Sequence record: OZ470597.1
From: a phage
DNA length: 52,133 nt
Strand: one strand, 5' to 3'
In this document: positions 20,487 through 29,625 of the stretch, piece after piece
Numbering within the stretch: the first letter of the stretch is position 1
Layout of the letters: each line of letters opens with the position of its first letter
Notes under the pieces: generated by a model
What the model was told of the DNA's origin: nothing
Database searches by the model: none
What the model saw: only the letters and a program-made list of their open reading frames with translations
Program-made: the position numbers and the translations under genes

Positions 20487-20714
20487 TTACATGCTGCAAT
20501 CAGCGTTTTTAAAGTTATCAATGCTTACCCACTGAAAATTAAATGGATAGCCAGCCTTAACAAGAGTGCGGTCGCCAACTCGTTTTACTCCAAAGATAGC
20601 AACTGAATACTGCATTCCGCTATTTTCATAAATAGCGGTGCATTCACGTTTAGGCATATTTGCACAACCAGTCAGAGCAACGGCTGCAATCAAAACGGCG
20701 ATTAATTTTTTCAT
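20487..20714 (-). CDS. small outer-membrane lipoprotein, putative superinfection exclusion protein (Cor-like)
   Basis: 75 aa; signal peptide with lipobox LTGC (MKKLIAVLIAAVALTGCA); AAGGAG RBS; own promoter carrying the conserved motif; convergent to RBP gene. Confidence 0.55.
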   Translation of the reverse strand: MKKLIAVLIAAVALTGCANMPKRECTAIYENSGMQYSVAIFGVKRVGDRTLVKAGYPFNFQWVSIDNFKNADCSM

Positions 20715-20745
20715 CTTGGTATCTCCTTCGTTGTTGTTGGTTGCA

Positions 20746-20788
20746 ACTATACACGATCTTACAGCATGCGTTTAGCAAAAAGTGCTAT
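20746..20788 (-). promoter_or_regulatory. conserved-element promoter (ATAGCACTTTTTGCTAAAC + extended -10 TGTATAGT) for Cor-like lipoprotein gene
   Basis: element 20769-20788 on minus strand, -10 at 20746-20751. Confidence 0.5.
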
Positions 20789-20859
20789 TATGTTCTTTTT
20801 GTTCTCGCGTGTTCTCAAATCTGCGGAGTCTTAAATTTAGCTCAAAAAGTGAACAATAA

Positions 20860-21030
20860 TAGAGCACAATACATACAGATAAATATATATACATACATAT
20901 AAATCAATAAGTTAGTAGTATATATATTTATATTCGTTCTTTATTGTTATCTATGTTCTGTGTGATTTTGCGTGTCCGGTGATTTTTATTGTGATTATGC
21001 ATGTGTCAGTGGTTATGTGTGTCTATATAT
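20860..21030. repeat. AT-rich / GT-rich iteron-like noncoding region
   Basis: ATACATACA repeats (20870-20899) and GTGATT(T/A)T repeats at 20962, 20979, 20991 plus GGTTATGTGTG at 21011-21021. Confidence 0.5.
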
Positions 21031-21159
21031 CTATATCCGGCGCAAGTTGAGGAACAAGAGAACAAAAAGACAACAAAGATATTTATCAATCACTTACATG
21101 TAAGTTTTGTTATCTAAGTTGGTTATAACGTTGTTAGAACAGAAAAAACAAAATAACTA

Positions 21160-21187
21160 TTGACTAAACGCATCAAATAGCTACAAT
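21160..21187 (+). promoter_or_regulatory. sigma70-like promoter of recombination module (TTGACT-16-TACAAT)
   Basis: -35 TTGACT 21160-21165, 16-nt spacer, -10 TACAAT 21182-21187, about 30 nt upstream of exonuclease ATG. Confidence 0.5.
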
Positions 21188-21216
21188 GCAGACATACCAA
21201 CCAATGAGGGTAAATC

Positions 21217-22278
21217 ATGAATAAGTTTATGGCGTACACCAGCGAAGAAATGAGCAATGAGCTTTATCACGATCCAGAAGCGTGGACGGCTGATTATGTT
21301 AGTGGATCAAGCCTTGCAGAGATTTACAGCACATGCCCGGCGGCGTGGAAGTTCAAGCCGCGTGAAGATAAGAGCAAGGCGCTAGTTTTCGGTACGCAGT
21401 CGCATACCAACTTTGAAAGCAAGGAGCTTTTCGAAAAAACATATCGCCGTGCGCCAGCGCCAGAAGACTTTAAGGATCTGATAACTAGCCAAACGGCGCT
21501 TGCTGCAAAACTGAAATCATTTGGCCTGAAAGGTACAACCGGAAAGACTTATCCAGACCTTATCAAAATGATGGTGGATTGCGGAGAAGACCTTAACGTT
21601 ATGTGGTTGATTGAGATGATCGCAGAAAGCCAGGCCAGGGCTGACGGCGTACAGCTAATCGAATCTAAAGATTACGATGCGTGCGTTGCAATGCGCCAGG
21701 TTCTGGAATCAATACCGGAACATAACGCATGTATGAATAGCAAGACGGCACAACGTGAATTATCGTTGTTCGGTGAAATTAACGGCGTAAAAGTCAAAGT
21801 GCGATGCGATCACGTTGACGTAACAAAGAACGTCACCGCAACGCTGATTGATGGTTACGATGAAAAAGGTCAGCCGATTTGCCGAGATATTATTTATCCA
21901 GAGGCCATTGTGATCACAGACTACAAAACTACAATGAGCGCGAATCCGGCTGAGTTTATGCGCCTGGCTTACAATCACGGCTATTATTTGAAAATGGCGT
22001 TGCAATGTGATTTATTCAGAAAAGCGTATCCAGAAGAAAAGCGACCTATAGTTGTGCGACTGTTAGCGCAAGAGAAGAAAGAGCCTTATTTGCCGTTGGC
22101 TTTCCGCATGAATAGCGAGCAATTGAAGATCGGGCGCATTCAGTACATGAGCGTAATTAACCAGTTTGCCATGTGCCAGCAACATGACGTTTGGCCTTCG
22201 TATTCAAACGGTGAGCCTGAGGTTTGCCTTGATACTCCTGATTGGGTGCGCCGCCAGTTTAAGCAATATCTTATTTAA
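21217..22278 (+). CDS. recombination exonuclease (PD-(D/E)XK family)
   Basis: 353 aa; RCDHVD and ITDYKTT motifs consistent with PD-(D/E)XK nuclease; sigma70-like promoter TTGACT-16-TACAAT upstream; precedes ERF and SSB. Confidence 0.6.
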   Translation: MNKFMAYTSEEMSNELYHDPEAWTADYVSGSSLAEIYSTCPAAWKFKPREDKSKALVFGTQSHTNFESKELFEKTYRRAPAPEDFKDLITSQTALAAKLKSFGLKGTTGKTYPDLIKMMVDCGEDLNVMWLIEMIAESQARADGVQLIESKDYDACVAMRQVLESIPEHNACMNSKTAQRELSLFGEINGVKVKVRCDHVDVTKNVTATLIDGYDEKGQPICRDIIYPEAIVITDYKTTMSANPAEFMRLAYNHGYYLKMALQCDLFRKAYPEEKRPIVVRLLAQEKKEPYLPLAFRMNSEQLKIGRIQYMSVINQFAMCQQHDVWPSYSNGEPEVCLDTPDWVRRQFKQYLI

Positions 22279-22359
22279 ACAGCACAAATAGCTAAACAAA
22301 TGAAAAATACGGTGTTATAATTCAACGCATAAGTTAACAACAAGAGTAAGGAAATAAGC

Positions 22360-22638
22360 ATGGAAAACAAACAAGTGTCAGAGGTAGCAGTTCATATCAA
22401 TAATTTTGCAACTGGCATGGCTATGTTGCTTCGTGATTTTGTAGCGCCTCTTGATCCAACGGCAGGCGAAGAAGAAATGGAGTACATCAGAAAAGTAATG
22501 GATGCAGTCGATAACGTCGTACTTATTGCAACAATGAGCGAAGACAACGAGGAAGCAATCAAGGCGGTAAAAGAAAGTTCTGATCGCATGATGGAAAATC
22601 TGATTAAATTACACACCAAAGAAGAAACAAAGCATTAA
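22360..22638 (+). CDS. hypothetical protein
   Basis: 92 aa acidic protein between exonuclease and ERF; RBS AAGGAA. Confidence 0.45.
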   Translation: MENKQVSEVAVHINNFATGMAMLLRDFVAPLDPTAGEEEMEYIRKVMDAVDNVVLIATMSEDNEEAIKAVKESSDRMMENLIKLHTKEETKH

Positions 22639-22683
22639 TAGCAATAAGGCGGCGAAAGCCGCCATGAATTACGGGAATTAATC

Positions 22684-23340
22684 ATGAAACTATCAGAGCA
22701 ATTCGACAAAGTTTTACCAGCACTGCATAAGGCGCGCAGTTTGTTTGTAAAGGTTAAGAAGGATAAGCAAAATACACACTTAAAAAATCGTTACGCAACA
22801 CTTGATGCCGTACTTGATGCAATCACTCCAGCATTGAATGATAATGAGCTAATGTTGATGCAGGATATGATTGAAAGCGAACAACCTAACCGAATCAAGG
22901 TTGAAACTACAGTCCTGCATGTTTCCGGTCAGTGGGTTAAATTCTATGCTGAATTACCAATCGTTAAAAACGATCCTCAAGGTGTCGGATCTGCATTCAC
23001 ATACGCGCGTCGTTATGCAGCCGCCGCAGCATTTGGCTTAAGCCAGGCAGACGATGACGCACAGATTGCCGTTAAATCTGCAAACGACTGGAAGCGTGAC
23101 ATTGAGAAATGCGAAAGCGTAAACGAATTGCAAGAAGTGCTTAAATCAGCATGGAAGGCAAGCGATCCGGCAAGCAAGCAGGTAATTAAAGGGCATTACG
23201 AGAAGCGCAAGGCAGAGCTTGAGATCGGCAAAGCGCGAGGATTTAATCCAGCGCAACCAAAGCAAAATCTTGCATCGCCAGAAGTTGACACAAAAAACGA
23301 CGAGCAAGTAAAATCGCAAAGTATCACTGATTTTGAATGA
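22684..23340 (+). CDS. ERF-family single-strand annealing protein
   Basis: 218 aa; [17 protein letters not shown] and [15 protein letters not shown] motifs characteristic of ERF recombinases; terminator after. Confidence 0.75.
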   Translation: MKLSEQFDKVLPALHKARSLFVKVKKDKQNTHLKNRYATLDAVLDAITPALNDNELMLMQDMIESEQPNRIKVETTVLHVSGQWVKFYAELPIVKNDPQGVGSAFTYARRYAAAAAFGLSQADDDAQIAVKSANDWKRDIEKCESVNELQEVLKSAWKASDPASKQVIKGHYEKRKAELEIGKARGFNPAQPKQNLASPEVDTKNDEQVKSQSITDFE

Positions 23341-23345
23341 TTGAC

Positions 23346-23368
23346 AGGGGCGATTGCGCCCCTTTTTT
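23346..23368 (+). terminator. intrinsic terminator after ERF gene
   Basis: AGGGGCG...CGCCCCT hairpin followed by TTTTTT. Confidence 0.65.
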
Positions 23369-23383
23369 ACAGGAGAATAAAAC

Positions 23384-23842
23384 ATGCATATTATTACTGG
23401 TGAGATCCGAAAAGAGCCGCGAGTAAAGCAAATGCCTAACGGCAGCACACTTTATGTGGTTGAGCTTTCAGAGCGATACAAAGATAAAGATGGAAACTGG
23501 CAATATACAAACTACAGTTTCTTTTTTAATGCTAAAACAGAAGGTCTTAAGGGTTGGTATGATGAGGCATTCCAGGTTGGCAAGGTTATTTCTGTATCTT
23601 GCGACACGCTGCGCATTGAAACGCGTGAATATAACGGAAAGATGTATTCAAGTTTAATGCCAGGAGGATTTGCAAATCTTATCTTCAGTCAGCGCGGGGA
23701 AAGCCAGCAACAATATCAGCAGCGAACGCAAGGAGGATGGGGCCAACCACAACAACAGAATCAACCGCAACAACAGCAACAGCAACAGCCAAGACAAAAC
23801 AATCAGCCTCCTATGGACTTTGACGACGACATCCCTTTCTGA
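23384..23842 (+). CDS. ssb: single-stranded DNA-binding protein
   Basis: 152 aa; Gln/Gly-rich linker and C-terminal tail PPMDFDDDIPF identical to the E. coli SSB tip. Confidence 0.9.
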   Translation: MHIITGEIRKEPRVKQMPNGSTLYVVELSERYKDKDGNWQYTNYSFFFNAKTEGLKGWYDEAFQVGKVISVSCDTLRIETREYNGKMYSSLMPGGFANLIFSQRGESQQQYQQRTQGGWGQPQQQNQPQQQQQQQPRQNNQPPMDFDDDIPF

Positions 23843-23847
23843 TCAAC

Positions 23848-23871
23848 AAAGGGGCATTACGCCCCTTTTTC
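23848..23871. terminator. bidirectional terminator after ssb
   Basis: AGGGGC...GCCCCT hairpin with A-run before and T-run after. Confidence 0.6.
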
Positions 23872-24114
23872 ACTTTCAGCCATACCAAGCACGGCAATAA
23901 CCTTAACAGCAATTCGCTTTGCAAGTTCAGTTTGATGAGCGTTCAGCTTTCCTGTTGTCATTATTGACAACATTCCGCTCATGCTTCCAAGCCCGTTAAA
24001 ATCTGACATTGCAGATTTCATTATTGATATTGGTGAATGACCATCATCAGCTATTGTGTGTGCTCTCTCTGACAGGTCTTTAACTACCTGATCTATTCCT
24101 TCACTTTTCGTCAT
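23857..24114 (-). CDS. hypothetical protein
   Basis: 85 aa ORF; 3' end overlaps bidirectional terminator hairpin. Confidence 0.35.
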   Translation of the reverse strand: MTKSEGIDQVVKDLSERAHTIADDGHSPISIMKSAMSDFNGLGSMSGMLSIMTTGKLNAHQTELAKRIAVKVIAVLGMAESEKGA

Positions 24115-24592
24115 TTGCTTTTCCTTCAGGAGTTGATTGTTGTTCTGGCATTACAGGCCATGGGCTAATTGACTCCCTTTCTGCGACTGGCTTTTCAGGT
24201 TCAATTCCTAAAAACTTTCCTACAAACTCACCAACAAAATTTGAGCTATCGCTTACATAAACATGCATCCTGTCCAGATCTGCAACAGTAACGCTATTTG
24301 GTGCAATCATAATCCTCTGTTGGTGAAAACCGATATACATCACATTAGCCGGACGCTCAAGAGTCCCCATATTTGGCGCAATTACGCCCATTATCCAACA
24401 ATAATGAATGTTGCCATCAAGCGGCTCACATCCAGCGTTAAGCCAGTTTACTTTCTGGTGAGGAAACGCCATTGATGAATCAGTAGCATCACGCCGTAAC
24501 GACCATTTAACGCCGCCAATCTCAATGATTTGTTTCGGCCTCATCCCGTTGAATTGAGTCACGCCAGCGCCATTTTGATTAATGTTTTGCAT
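24101..24592 (-). CDS. hypothetical protein
   Basis: 163 aa ORF with AAGG RBS. Confidence 0.45.
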   Translation of the reverse strand: MQNINQNGAGVTQFNGMRPKQIIEIGGVKWSLRRDATDSSMAFPHQKVNWLNAGCEPLDGNIHYCWIMGVIAPNMGTLERPANVMYIGFHQQRIMIAPNSVTVADLDRMHVYVSDSSNFVGEFVGKFLGIEPEKPVAERESISPWPVMPEQQSTPEGKANDEK

Positions 24593-24606
24593 ATCGGTTA
24601 ACCTTT

Positions 24607-24930
24607 TTACATTGATTTCATTTTACGCAATGCGCAGATACAAGCGGCAGCAAGATCGGTTAATTCTTTCTCAATGCCATGATGCGAGCCGTCTGCCTTT
24701 TCGGTCATTAGCTCTTTGTATTCCATTTCTACAATCGACATTAAGCCGCCTGGCTTGTCAATGTGCGCGTCCCAGGTTTTAGGATAGTGCTTAGTTCTTT
24801 CCATAACACTTCCCATAACTGAATCATGTTTGCTATCTCGCTCATAATCATCATCATGATCATCACTCCCGATTGAAACTCGCGGCAAATGAATGCGCGG
24901 TATTTTATAGCCAGCATAACGGATCTTCAT
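24607..24930 (-). CDS. hypothetical protein
   Basis: start set at ATG 24930 (GAGGG RBS); the listed ORF start 24987 is GTG. Confidence 0.4.
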   Translation of the reverse strand: MKIRYAGYKIPRIHLPRVSIGSDDHDDDYERDSKHDSVMGSVMERTKHYPKTWDAHIDKPGGLMSIVEMEYKELMTEKADGSHHGIEKELTDLAAACICALRKMKSM

Positions 24931-24976
24931 TATCTCGCCCTCTTGATGAAAAGCGCCCCGAAAGGCGCTTGATTTA

Positions 24977-25681
24977 TTAGCAACCACAGCAACCAGTCGG
25001 CGGAGTCGCCGGAGTTGGTAGCTTGAAGTTTACCAGTTGATTGACTTGGTTGATTTTGCAGTTGAGTTCCGAAGTCTGCTTCTCTTGAGAAAGAGCAAAG
25101 CGCGCTTCCTGCAACTGAGCTTTCATATCGCAAATCAAAACAGCCTGAGCATCAGCGAACTGTTGACGCATCAGATCTCGAGTTGCGTTACCTTGTCGCT
25201 CAATGTTCAGGTTAGTCTCGCAGCAACATCTTTCGGCTGCAATCTGTGCCTGATAGGAACGCTCAAGAGCATTAACATCAGCAGCATTAATCGCAGCAAC
25301 TGTCTGGTTAGTACCGCTAACAATCGCGGTATTCAGTCCGGCGAAACCTTGCACCGATGCAAGCAGGTTTTGCGTATTCTGGCTGGTAATGCCGTTAAAT
25401 GTTGATGCGGCGGAGCGCTCAACGGCAAGGTTTGTGGAGTTTTGGCCTTGCAGAGTTTGCAGTCCCAGGTTGTTTACGCCCGTCTGGATGTTATTAATAC
25501 CATCAAGAACAGCGTTAGCACCGACAGCAACAGCAGCACCATCACCACCATAACCACCACGACCATTAAAGCCGTTACCAAACCATGACCCAATCAGGCC
25601 GCCAACAGCACCACCAAGACCAGCCGCGCCAGCTTCGCCACCAAAACCACCACCAGTAGGGAGTAAAGTCATATCTGACAT
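24977..25681 (-). CDS. glycine-rich protein with Cys clusters (possible fiber-associated protein)
   Basis: start at ATG 25681 (MSDMTLLPTGGG) with RBS; Gly-rich N-terminus, coiled-coil middle, CCC and CCGC Cys clusters. Confidence 0.5.
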   Translation of the reverse strand: MSDMTLLPTGGGFGGEAGAAGLGGAVGGLIGSWFGNGFNGRGGYGGDGAAVAVGANAVLDGINNIQTGVNNLGLQTLQGQNSTNLAVERSAASTFNGITSQNTQNLLASVQGFAGLNTAIVSGTNQTVAAINAADVNALERSYQAQIAAERCCCETNLNIERQGNATRDLMRQQFADAQAVLICDMKAQLQEARFALSQEKQTSELNCKINQVNQLVNFKLPTPATPPTGCCGC

Positions 25682-25815
25682 AGTAAATTCCTCTTTGACG
25701 TTAAAAAAAACAAAAAAAGTTTGCAACATTTATGTTACGACAAAGAGTATGCGCCTAACTGTCAGGAATAGATATAAAACATTTGTCAACGATATGTAAG
25801 CAACTGGCATAAAGA

Positions 25816-25848
25816 CGAAAAAAGCGCAGCCGGAGCCGCGCTTGAGTT
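25816..25848 (-). terminator. putative terminator after lateral tail fiber gene
   Basis: imperfect GC-rich hairpin followed by T-run on minus strand. Confidence 0.4.
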
Positions 25849-25858
25849 AAAAAGATTG

Positions 25859-27976
25859 TTATTTATTGAGCAGTGCAGCAACAGCCGCCTTTAATTCGTC
25901 TATCTCCTTTTGCTGTTTTTCGATCATTCCTCCCATGTAAACCATAGCGCAAGCCATATCTGTTAGCATAACATTGCTATCTAGCGCCAATGTATCATCA
26001 TTTCTGTCAGTTTCAATCTGGCGATCAATGTATTCCTCGCCATTTTCATCAACCCCGATCACATCTTCAAATACTGGTGAGCCTGGGACAAGTTTCACGT
26101 ATTGCGGATCGATTTTTAACAGGTCTTGAGCTATCAGGCCAAAACGCTGGATGTCAGATCCATTGTATTTAAACATGGTTGGCAACCATTGCATCACGCG
26201 ATCATAGCTTTCCTTTCCGTCCGTGTACTGAATATCGTGCTTCAAATCACGATCAGATGTTGGGTTTTTTGCAAAGTCATAGTTTCCACCCCACGGATCA
26301 TTACCCCAAGAATAAATGTCACCAGACTTACTAAAATTATATGCGCGATGATAACGACCATCACCTAACATGTGAATAGCAACCTGAGGCCAATCAGTAG
26401 TGCCGCCTGAAATAATACCTAAAGACGTTCTCATATAGTAACCACCGTCAGACATAGACCCACCTGACACTATCGGAGACCAGCCGCTGTTATTTCTAGT
26501 AACGGTGTCAGCCCAAAACGGCGTTAACCTGTTATTTGCATCGGCGTCCCAGCCACCCATATAGCAACGACCCATAAAACCACGTGGCGACCTTACATAA
26601 CCGCTAGCCTGAACGTCATTCGGCTCAGGTATGAAGTTAAAATTTATGCCGGAGTATCCTGATTTATTTGGATTAATGTATAACTGTAAATTGTTTAGAT
26701 CCGTTCCTTCGCCCCTAACACCTCCTAACTGCCAGTATCCATCGTGCCAGTAGCCTTGCAGCAAGTTCACCCAGCCACCAGGAGATGAATCGCCAGTAAT
26801 ATTTAAAAGACTTATGTCTTTATTTCCACCGCTAGACGTCCCAACACCTACTCGATTTCCCTGCCCTGCGGTAACATTACCATTTGACTCAATGCCCCCA
26901 AATGCAACGACCTGACCAGTTCCAAGCCCAAAATTATTGCGAGCACCCTCAACAGTAGTTGCACCAGTACCGCCAGTGCTAATTTCAAACGGTTTGGTAT
27001 CATTTCCGTCGCCGGTCTGATATACAAGAAGCCCGTCATTTTTGATCACCAGCCTATATGATTTATTTGGCGAGTAAATAAACGAATGAACACCATCGGT
27101 ATCGTAAGGGGCAACTCGCATGTTCTCGCGAGCAATTTCAAGGTTAGACAGATCTGAAAGGTTCGCATTTTTTCTAAGCAGATTTTCAGCATTAAGGCTT
27201 TTAGCAAATTCTTCAGCCTCATTGCGCGCCATAACAGCGCCGTTTTTTGCAGTTTCAGCGGCGTTATTTGCAGATTGAGCGCCAGTCATGTATTGCTGGG
27301 CTGAATCCCTTGCTGAAATAGCTTCGTTTTTCAGATTAGAAACATCACCCTTTATCTGATTCATTTCTGAAACAGCCTGATCTTTAGTCTGGTTTACAGC
27401 TAAAACACCTTGATCGCGTGCGGAATTAACTTCCGTTATCGCAGAATCTTTAATCTGTTGCGTTTGCGCCTTGATTGCGTCAGTGTCTGCTTTAATCTGG
27501 TTTGTTTCAGCAACAGCAGAATCCTTTATCTGTTGAGTGTCGTTTTTCAGTTGTTCAGTAGCAGCACGATAATCTGCCGTTTTCTCTGCATCGCCTTTAA
27601 CCTGATTAGCCAGATCTTGCAATTGTTTCAGGTCAAAGTTTTTGAAAAATTCAATAGCTTCCTCGATCTGAGTTTCTTTGCTTTGATAGTAACGCAGCGT
27701 TTCAGCAACATCTTGCGCCAGGCCGTCAACAGTTATTGAGTCATGCAGCAAAATAATGTAGTTGCTTCTCCCAATTTCAGCGCCGCCAGTTGTGATTGCG
27801 CGGATTTGTGTATCGCTGATAACTTCACTAATCACAGCCGCTTGAAATGGTGCGTCAATAAAAAAGATTGTTGCGCCAGGACGAATGAGAGTTAGTTGCT
27901 CTCGCCATTTCGTGTCGTATCCAGTGATATAACCTTGAGCGTCCATTGACGCCTGTCCGGTTCTGTAAATTGCCAT
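25859..27976 (-). CDS. lateral tail fiber protein with C-terminal intramolecular chaperone (peptidase S74-like) domain
   Basis: start at ATG 27976 with GGGAG RBS (ORF extends to 28075 in frame); coiled-coil stalk, Gly-rich beta region, C-terminal DRDLKHDIQY...FGLIAQDL chaperone-type domain. Confidence 0.8.
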   Translation of the reverse strand: MAIYRTGQASMDAQGYITGYDTKWREQLTLIRPGATIFFIDAPFQAAVISEVISDTQIRAITTGGAEIGRSNYIILLHDSITVDGLAQDVAETLRYYQSKETQIEEAIEFFKNFDLKQLQDLANQVKGDAEKTADYRAATEQLKNDTQQIKDSAVAETNQIKADTDAIKAQTQQIKDSAITEVNSARDQGVLAVNQTKDQAVSEMNQIKGDVSNLKNEAISARDSAQQYMTGAQSANNAAETAKNGAVMARNEAEEFAKSLNAENLLRKNANLSDLSNLEIARENMRVAPYDTDGVHSFIYSPNKSYRLVIKNDGLLVYQTGDGNDTKPFEISTGGTGATTVEGARNNFGLGTGQVVAFGGIESNGNVTAGQGNRVGVGTSSGGNKDISLLNITGDSSPGGWVNLLQGYWHDGYWQLGGVRGEGTDLNNLQLYINPNKSGYSGINFNFIPEPNDVQASGYVRSPRGFMGRCYMGGWDADANNRLTPFWADTVTRNNSGWSPIVSGGSMSDGGYYMRTSLGIISGGTTDWPQVAIHMLGDGRYHRAYNFSKSGDIYSWGNDPWGGNYDFAKNPTSDRDLKHDIQYTDGKESYDRVMQWLPTMFKYNGSDIQRFGLIAQDLLKIDPQYVKLVPGSPVFEDVIGVDENGEEYIDRQIETDRNDDTLALDSNVMLTDMACAMVYMGGMIEKQQKEIDELKAAVAALLNK

Positions 27977-28075
27977 GCGTTTTCTCCCATGTTGCATGTT
28001 AATGTCAATGCAGATAATAGCATTTGATAAGGCAAAAAAAAACCCCGCAATGCAGGGTAAAAGTAGCAGTGACAT

Positions 28076-29008
28076 TTAGAGAAGAGATTCAGGTTTGTAA
28101 ACCTTCCTCTCTATCCCTTGCCTGTAATTATCATTAATCGGCATCATAATTTCAAGACCTCTTTCCTCTGCGGCAATGATAGCGTCACGATCTGTGCTCT
28201 TACAGACAACTCGCATTCTTCTGTTGCCTTTATACCTGTAAGCCACAATCTCAATGTTAGTTGCATCAAAACAGGCCCAAACCTCTTGACCAGTTGCAAG
28301 GTGAATATGTTGCGCATCAATCCAGTCAACGCAAAGATAGATTGTCTTATCTGTGCTTCCGGTTCTAACAATCGACCCTCGCGTGTAGTCCTTTGCGATA
28401 AAAGACTGTTTACCCTCCTCATCAATGAAAAGCACATTGCACATTTCATCATCAATATCATCTGAGTGTACCAGGTGACAAGGTAGCGCGTGAATGTATC
28501 TACCATCTTTTACGCCGCAATCATAATGACCATCTTCAGGCGGGTATATTCCTTCATATGTGCTTAACGGCGTGCGATCAAATTTTAGTGTTTTTGACAT
28601 AACGCGCTCGCAGCATTCATGGCTTGCCTGTTTCCCAAACGAATAACCAGAATCACGAGATACTCGCTTATTTGCCTTGATCCTATAGTCCTGCGGAACT
28701 TTTCCAAGAAAACGGCCCAAAATATTGATCACTTCGCTGTAAGGTTCTCCGGTTAGCTTCATGATCCAACCAATTCCGGTGTCATTACCGCACACGTTGC
28801 AGATCGCACCGCCATCGCCTTTTTTATCGCCAAGTTTATCCGTCCATCTGAAGCGATCCTTTCCGCCGCAGTGTGGGCAAGATTGATGCTTGCCGTTAAA
28901 AACTTCATTTGGAAGACCGCAAATACTTTGTAGCGCCTCACGCCATAGTCCCTGCATATATGGGAGAACATCTTCCTTTTGATAAACCATAAAGTTTTCG
29001 TTGTTCAT
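28076..29008 (-). CDS. DNA primase (CHC2 zinc-finger type)
   Basis: ATG 29008 with GAGG RBS; zinc-binding CPHCGGKDRFRW...CNVCGN motif. Confidence 0.7.
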   Translation of the reverse strand: MNNENFMVYQKEDVLPYMQGLWREALQSICGLPNEVFNGKHQSCPHCGGKDRFRWTDKLGDKKGDGGAICNVCGNDTGIGWIMKLTGEPYSEVINILGRFLGKVPQDYRIKANKRVSRDSGYSFGKQASHECCERVMSKTLKFDRTPLSTYEGIYPPEDGHYDCGVKDGRYIHALPCHLVHSDDIDDEMCNVLFIDEEGKQSFIAKDYTRGSIVRTGSTDKTIYLCVDWIDAQHIHLATGQEVWACFDATNIEIVAYRYKGNRRMRVVCKSTDRDAIIAAEERGLEIMMPINDNYRQGIERKVYKPESLL

Positions 29009-29062
29009 ATGCACCTCAAACAAAAAGCCTGACAGATGATAACATCATGCCAGGCATTGTTT

Positions 29063-29536
29063 TTAGCAATTAGTGCTTTCAGGTTTATACAGGAATCCGC
29101 CAGGTTCATAATCTGACATTCTTACCACTCGCAACATTTCACGCTTATCACATCTCTTTGTGAGCGGTTTGCCATTGGAATCAAATCGCAGATCTGGACG
29201 GCAGAATGAAGCTCGATAGCCTTGACAGCCATACTTTTTGTAATCGTTATGCACCTTTTGAGCGCCAGCGGCTGAAATCATACCGCGAACACGCCACTGA
29301 TTTACGGTTTGCTGGCTAACGTTAAGACGTTTTGCCATTGCTGACACGCTTCCGTAATACTCAATAAGGATGTCAAGTCGCGCTTTTAGTCCGGCGCGCA
29401 CTTCATCTTTTAAAACATAGTATCCTGTAGGGCGCTTGCGCTTTTTCTTATCTTTACCCCGTCGAGTTCCGTTATTGCCATTAATTGTGCGCTTGTCAAT
29501 CTTGCCTGTTGATACTGCGATTCGCTGTTCTTTCAT
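29063..29536 (-). CDS. HTH-domain DNA-binding protein (putative transcriptional regulator)
   Basis: 157 aa; basic N-terminus and helix-turn-helix SVSAMAKRLNVSQQTVNQW; divergent from helicase gene. Confidence 0.55.
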   Translation of the reverse strand: MKEQRIAVSTGKIDKRTINGNNGTRRGKDKKKRKRPTGYYVLKDEVRAGLKARLDILIEYYGSVSAMAKRLNVSQQTVNQWRVRGMISAAGAQKVHNDYKKYGCQGYRASFCRPDLRFDSNGKPLTKRCDKREMLRVVRMSDYEPGGFLYKPESTNC

Positions 29537-29549
29537 TATTCATTCTCCA

Positions 29550-29592
29550 ATAGCATTTTTTGTTAAACGATGATTTAATGATTGTGTATTAT
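29550..29592 (+). promoter_or_regulatory. conserved-element promoter upstream of helicase gene
   Basis: ATAGCATTTTTTGTTAAAC 29550-29568, 18-nt spacer, -10 TATTAT 29587-29592. Confidence 0.5.
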
Positions 29593-29625
29593 ACACGCCA
29601 AATGGCATTACTCAAAGGTTTTAGA

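Noticed and set aside
25682-25729. N-terminal extension of the Gly-rich protein ORF
   Set aside because: ATG at 25681 has a proper RBS; the extension runs through A/T-rich promoter-like sequence.
27977-28075. N-terminal extension of the tail fiber ORF to 28075
   Set aside because: The extension is hydrophobic, lacks an RBS and overlaps the terminator after the primase gene; ATG 27976 has a GGGAG RBS.
29560-29625. Helicase ORF start at 29560 (non-ATG) or ATG 29602
   Set aside because: These positions lie within or upstream of the predicted -10 (29587-29592) of the conserved promoter; ATG 29626 is the first start downstream of the likely transcription start.
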